NCBI RefSeq assembly: GCF_002854065.1
Contig: NZ_CP024147.1
DNA from: Escherichia coli
GTDB taxonomy: Bacteria > Pseudomonadota > Gammaproteobacteria > Enterobacterales > Enterobacteriaceae
Length of the DNA: 64,000 nt
Strand: one strand, 5' to 3'
Shown piece by piece: positions 60,616-64,000 of this stretch. Every line of letters starts with the position of its first letter. Positions within the stretch are counted from its first letter, which is position 1. Made by a program: the position numbers and the translations under genes. The notes beneath the pieces were generated by a model, which was given only the letters and a program-made list of their open reading frames with translations, searched no databases and had not been told where the DNA came from.

Positions 60616-61401
60616 ATGCAGGATCGCAATTTTGATGATATTGCGGAAAAGTTTTCCCGTAACATTTACGGCACCACCAAAGGGCAGCTTCGACAGGCTA
60701 TTCTGTGGCAGGATCTCGATCGCGTGCTGGCGGAAATGGGTCCGCAAAAACTGCGTGTGCTGGATGCGGGCGGTGGAGAAGGGCAGACCGCAATCAAAAT
60801 GGCCGAGCGCGGGCATCAGGTCATTTTATGCGATCTTTCTGCGCAGATGATCGACCGCGCAAAACAGGCGGCAGAAGCAAAAGGTGTGAGCGACAACATG
60901 CAATTTATACATTGCGCCGCTCAGGATGTTGCTTCGCATTTGGAAACGCCCGTTGATCTGATATTGTTCCATGCGGTGCTCGAGTGGGTGGCTGATCCCC
61001 GCAGCGTATTGCAGACCCTGTGGTCAGTGTTGCGTCCAGGCGGCGTGTTGTCGTTAATGTTCTACAATGCGCATGGTTTGTTGATGCATAACATGGTCGC
61101 CGGGAATTTTGATTACGTGCAGGCGGGAATGCCGAAAAAGAAAAAACGGACGCTTTCGCCAGATTATCCACGCGACCCGGCGCAGGTTTATCTGTGGCTG
61201 GAAGAAGCTGGTTGGCAAATTATGGGTAAGACAGGCGTTCGCGTGTTTCATGATTATCTGCGCGAGAAGCACCAGCAGCGCGACTGCTATGAAGCATTAC
61301 TTGAATTAGAAACGCGTTATTGCCGTCAGGAACCGTATATTACCCTGGGGCGTTATATTCATGTCACCGCGCGCAAACGGCAGAGCAAGGATAAAGTATG
61401 A
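60616..61401 (+). CDS. smtA: SAM-dependent methyltransferase SmtA/CmoM
   Basis: 261 aa from [57 protein letters not shown] (SAM-binding DxGxGxG). Confidence 0.9.
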
Positions 61402-62720
61402 GTGAATTTTCCCAGACAGTCCCCGAACTGGTTGCCTGGGCCAGAAAAAATGACTTCTCCATCTCGCTGCCGGTAGACCGACTCTCTTTTCTGCTGGCGG
61501 TTGCCACGCTGAACGGCGAGCGTCTGGATGGTGAGATGAGTGAAGGCGAGCTGGTGGATGCATTCCGCCATGTGAGTGATGCGTTTGAGCAAACCAGCGA
61601 AACCATCGGCGTGCGCGCCAATAACGCGATCAACGACATGGTGCGTCAACGTCTGCTGAACCGCTTTACCAGCGAGCAGGCAGAAGGGAACGCAATTTAC
61701 CGTCTGACGCCGCTCGGCATCGGCATTACTGACTATTACATCCGTCAGCGCGAGTTTTCTACGCTGCGCCTTTCTATGCAGTTGTCGATTGTGGCGGGTG
61801 AGCTCAAACGCGCAGCAGATGCCGCCGAAGAGGGCGGTGATGAATTTCACTGGCACCGTAATGTCTATGCGCCACTGAAATATTCGGTAGCAGAAATTTT
61901 CGACAGTATCGACCTGACGCAACGTCTGATGGACGAACAGCAGCAGCAGGTGAAGGACGATATCGCCCAGTTGCTGAACAAAGACTGGCGGGCGGCGATT
62001 TCCAGCTGTGAATTGTTGCTTTCGGAAACTTCCGGAACGCTGCGTGAATTGCAGGATACACTGGAAGCGGCAGGCGACAAATTGCAGGCTAATCTGTTGC
62101 GCATTCAGGATGCGACGATGACTCATGACGATCTGCATTTTGTCGATCGTCTGGTGTTCGATCTGCAGAGCAAACTCGACCGTATTATCAGTTGGGGCCA
62201 GCAATCCATCGACTTGTGGATTGGCTACGACCGCCACGTACACAAATTTATTCGTACCGCGATCGATATGGATAAAAACCGCGTCTTTGCTCAGCGGTTA
62301 CGTCAGTCGGTACAAACCTATTTTGATGAGCCGTGGGCGCTAACTTATGCCAATGCCGATCGTCTGCTGGATATGCGTGACGAAGAGATGGCACTGCGCG
62401 ATGAAGAAGTGACTGGGGAACTTCCGCCAGATTTGGAATACGAAGAGTTTAACGAGATCCGCGAACAGCTGGCGGCGATCATCGAAGAACAACTTGCTGT
62501 GTACAAAACCAGACAAGTGCCGCTGGATCTTGGTCTGGTGGTACGCGAATATCTGTCACAGTATCCGCGTGCACGTCACTTTGACGTTGCGCGCATTGTT
62601 ATTGATCAGGCGGTACGTCTTGGCGTAGCGCAAGCAGATTTCACCGGACTGCCAGCGAAATGGCAGCCGATTAATGATTACGGAGCCAAGGTACAGGCGC
62701 ATGTCATCGACAAATATTGA
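61398..62720 (+). CDS. mukF: condensin kleisin subunit MukF
   Basis: 440 aa, [59 protein letters not shown]...; start overlaps the smtA stop. Confidence 0.96.
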
Positions 62721-63405
62721 ACAAGTGATGCCGGTTAAGCTGGCGCAGGCGCTGGCGAATCCGTTATTTCCGGCGCTGGACAGCGCCTTACGTTCAGGCC
62801 GCCATATTGGCCTCGACGAACTGGATAATCATGCATTCCTGATGGATTTTCAGGAATATCTGGAAGAGTTTTACGCGCGTTATAACGTTGAGCTTATTCG
62901 TGCACCGGAAGGGTTCTTCTATTTACGTCCACGTTCCACCACGCTGATCCCTCGTTCCGTCTTGTCGGAACTGGATATGATGGTCGGGAAAATCCTCTGT
63001 TATCTCTATCTCAGCCCGGAACGGCTGGCGAATGAGGGGATTTTTACTCAACAGGAACTGTACGACGAACTGCTCACCCTGGCCGATGAAGCGAAACTGC
63101 TGAAACTGGTGAACAACCGTTCAACCGGTTCAGACGTTGACCGTCAGAAGTTGCAGGAAAAAGTACGTTCTTCGCTCAACCGTCTGCGTCGTTTAGGCAT
63201 GGTGTGGTTTATGGGCCACGACAGCAGCAAGTTTCGCATTACCGAATCGGTGTTCCGCTTCGGAGCCGATGTGCGTGCTGGCGACGATCCCCGTGAAGCA
63301 CAGCGTCGCCTGATTCGTGATGGCGAAGCAATGCCGATTGAAAATCATCTGCAACTCAACGATGAAACCGAAGAGAATCAGCCAGATAGCGGAGAGGAAG
63401 AATAA
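62701..63405 (+). CDS. mukE: condensin subunit MukE
   Basis: 234 aa from [51 protein letters not shown]...; acidic C-terminus. Confidence 0.93.
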
Positions 63406-64000
63406 TGATTGAACGCGGTAAATTTCGCTCACTGACGCTGATTAACTGGAACGGCTTTTTTGCCCGAACTTTTGACCTTGACGAGCTGGTCACGACGCTT
63501 TCTGGCGGTAACGGGGCGGGTAAATCCACCACCATGGCGGCGTTCGTTACGGCGCTGATCCCCGACCTGACCCTGCTGCATTTCCGTAACACTACGGAAG
63601 CCGGGGCCACCAGCGGTTCGCGCGATAAAGGTCTGCACGGTAAGCTGAAAGCGGGTGTCTGTTATTCGATGCTCGACACCATTAACTCGCGCCACCAGCG
63701 CGTGGTGGTCGGTGTGCGTCTGCAACAGGTTGCCGGACGCGATCGTAAAGTGGATATCAAACCATTTGCCATTCAGGGACTGCCGATGTCGGTGCAGCCG
63801 ACACAGCTGGTGACCGAAACTCTGAACGAACGCCAGGCGCGCGTGCTGCCGCTTAACGAGCTGAAAGACAAGCTCGAGGCAATGGAAGGCGTGCAGTTTA
63901 AACAGTTCAACTCCATTACCGATTACCACTCGCTGATGTTCGATCTGGGCATCATCGCGCGTCGTCTGCGCTCCGCATCTGACCGTAGCAAATTCTATCG
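63405..64000 (+). CDS. mukB: condensin SMC-like ATPase MukB, N-terminal part (truncated by window edge)
   Basis: [67 protein letters not shown] (Walker A); start overlaps the mukE stop. Confidence 0.95.
   Translation, partial: MIERGKFRSLTLINWNGFFARTFDLDELVTTLSGGNGAGKSTTMAAFVTALIPDLTLLHFRNTTEAGATSGSRDKGLHGKLKAGVCYSMLDTINSRHQRVVVGVRLQQVAGRDRKVDIKPFAIQGLPMSVQPTQLVTETLNERQARVLPLNELKDKLEAMEGVQFKQFNSITDYHSLMFDLGIIARRLRSASDRSKFY

Noticed and set aside
61359-62243. 294-aa minus-strand ORF
   Set aside because: It is antisense to mukF and has no supporting signals.

Overview
This window reads as ordinary enterobacterial core chromosome, collinear with the Escherichia coli K-12 hcp–mukB region (identified by recall of protein sequences and gene order, not by any database search). 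It is densely packed with housekeeping genes on both strands, from hcp and lysO through macAB, clpSA, infA, cydDC, trxB, lrp, ftsK, serS, dmsABC, pflAB/focA, serC-aroA, rpsA, msbA-lpxK-kdsB to mukFEB. I do not see a novel multi-gene system. The features that depart from the expected layout are: (1) a complete 768-bp IS1 with a 9-bp target duplication that splits the aquaporin gene aqpZ; (2) an orphan two-repeat, one-spacer type I-F CRISPR remnant between clpA and tRNA-Ser, with no cas genes; (3) an apparent frameshift in the ComEC-family gene ycaI; (4) absence of ycaN–ycaK between ycaM and pflA relative to K-12; (5) two in-frame 39-bp tandem-repeat arrays in the ftsK linker, giving a 1368-aa product; (6) ybjD, a solitary OLD-family ATPase–TOPRIM gene; (7) a GC-rich palindromic element between lysO and aqpZ. 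Long antisense ORFs opposite pflB, dmsA, rpsA, ftsK, mukF and hcp are treated as artefacts. Comparisons with K-12 lengths and gene order are from memory and need alignment to confirm.
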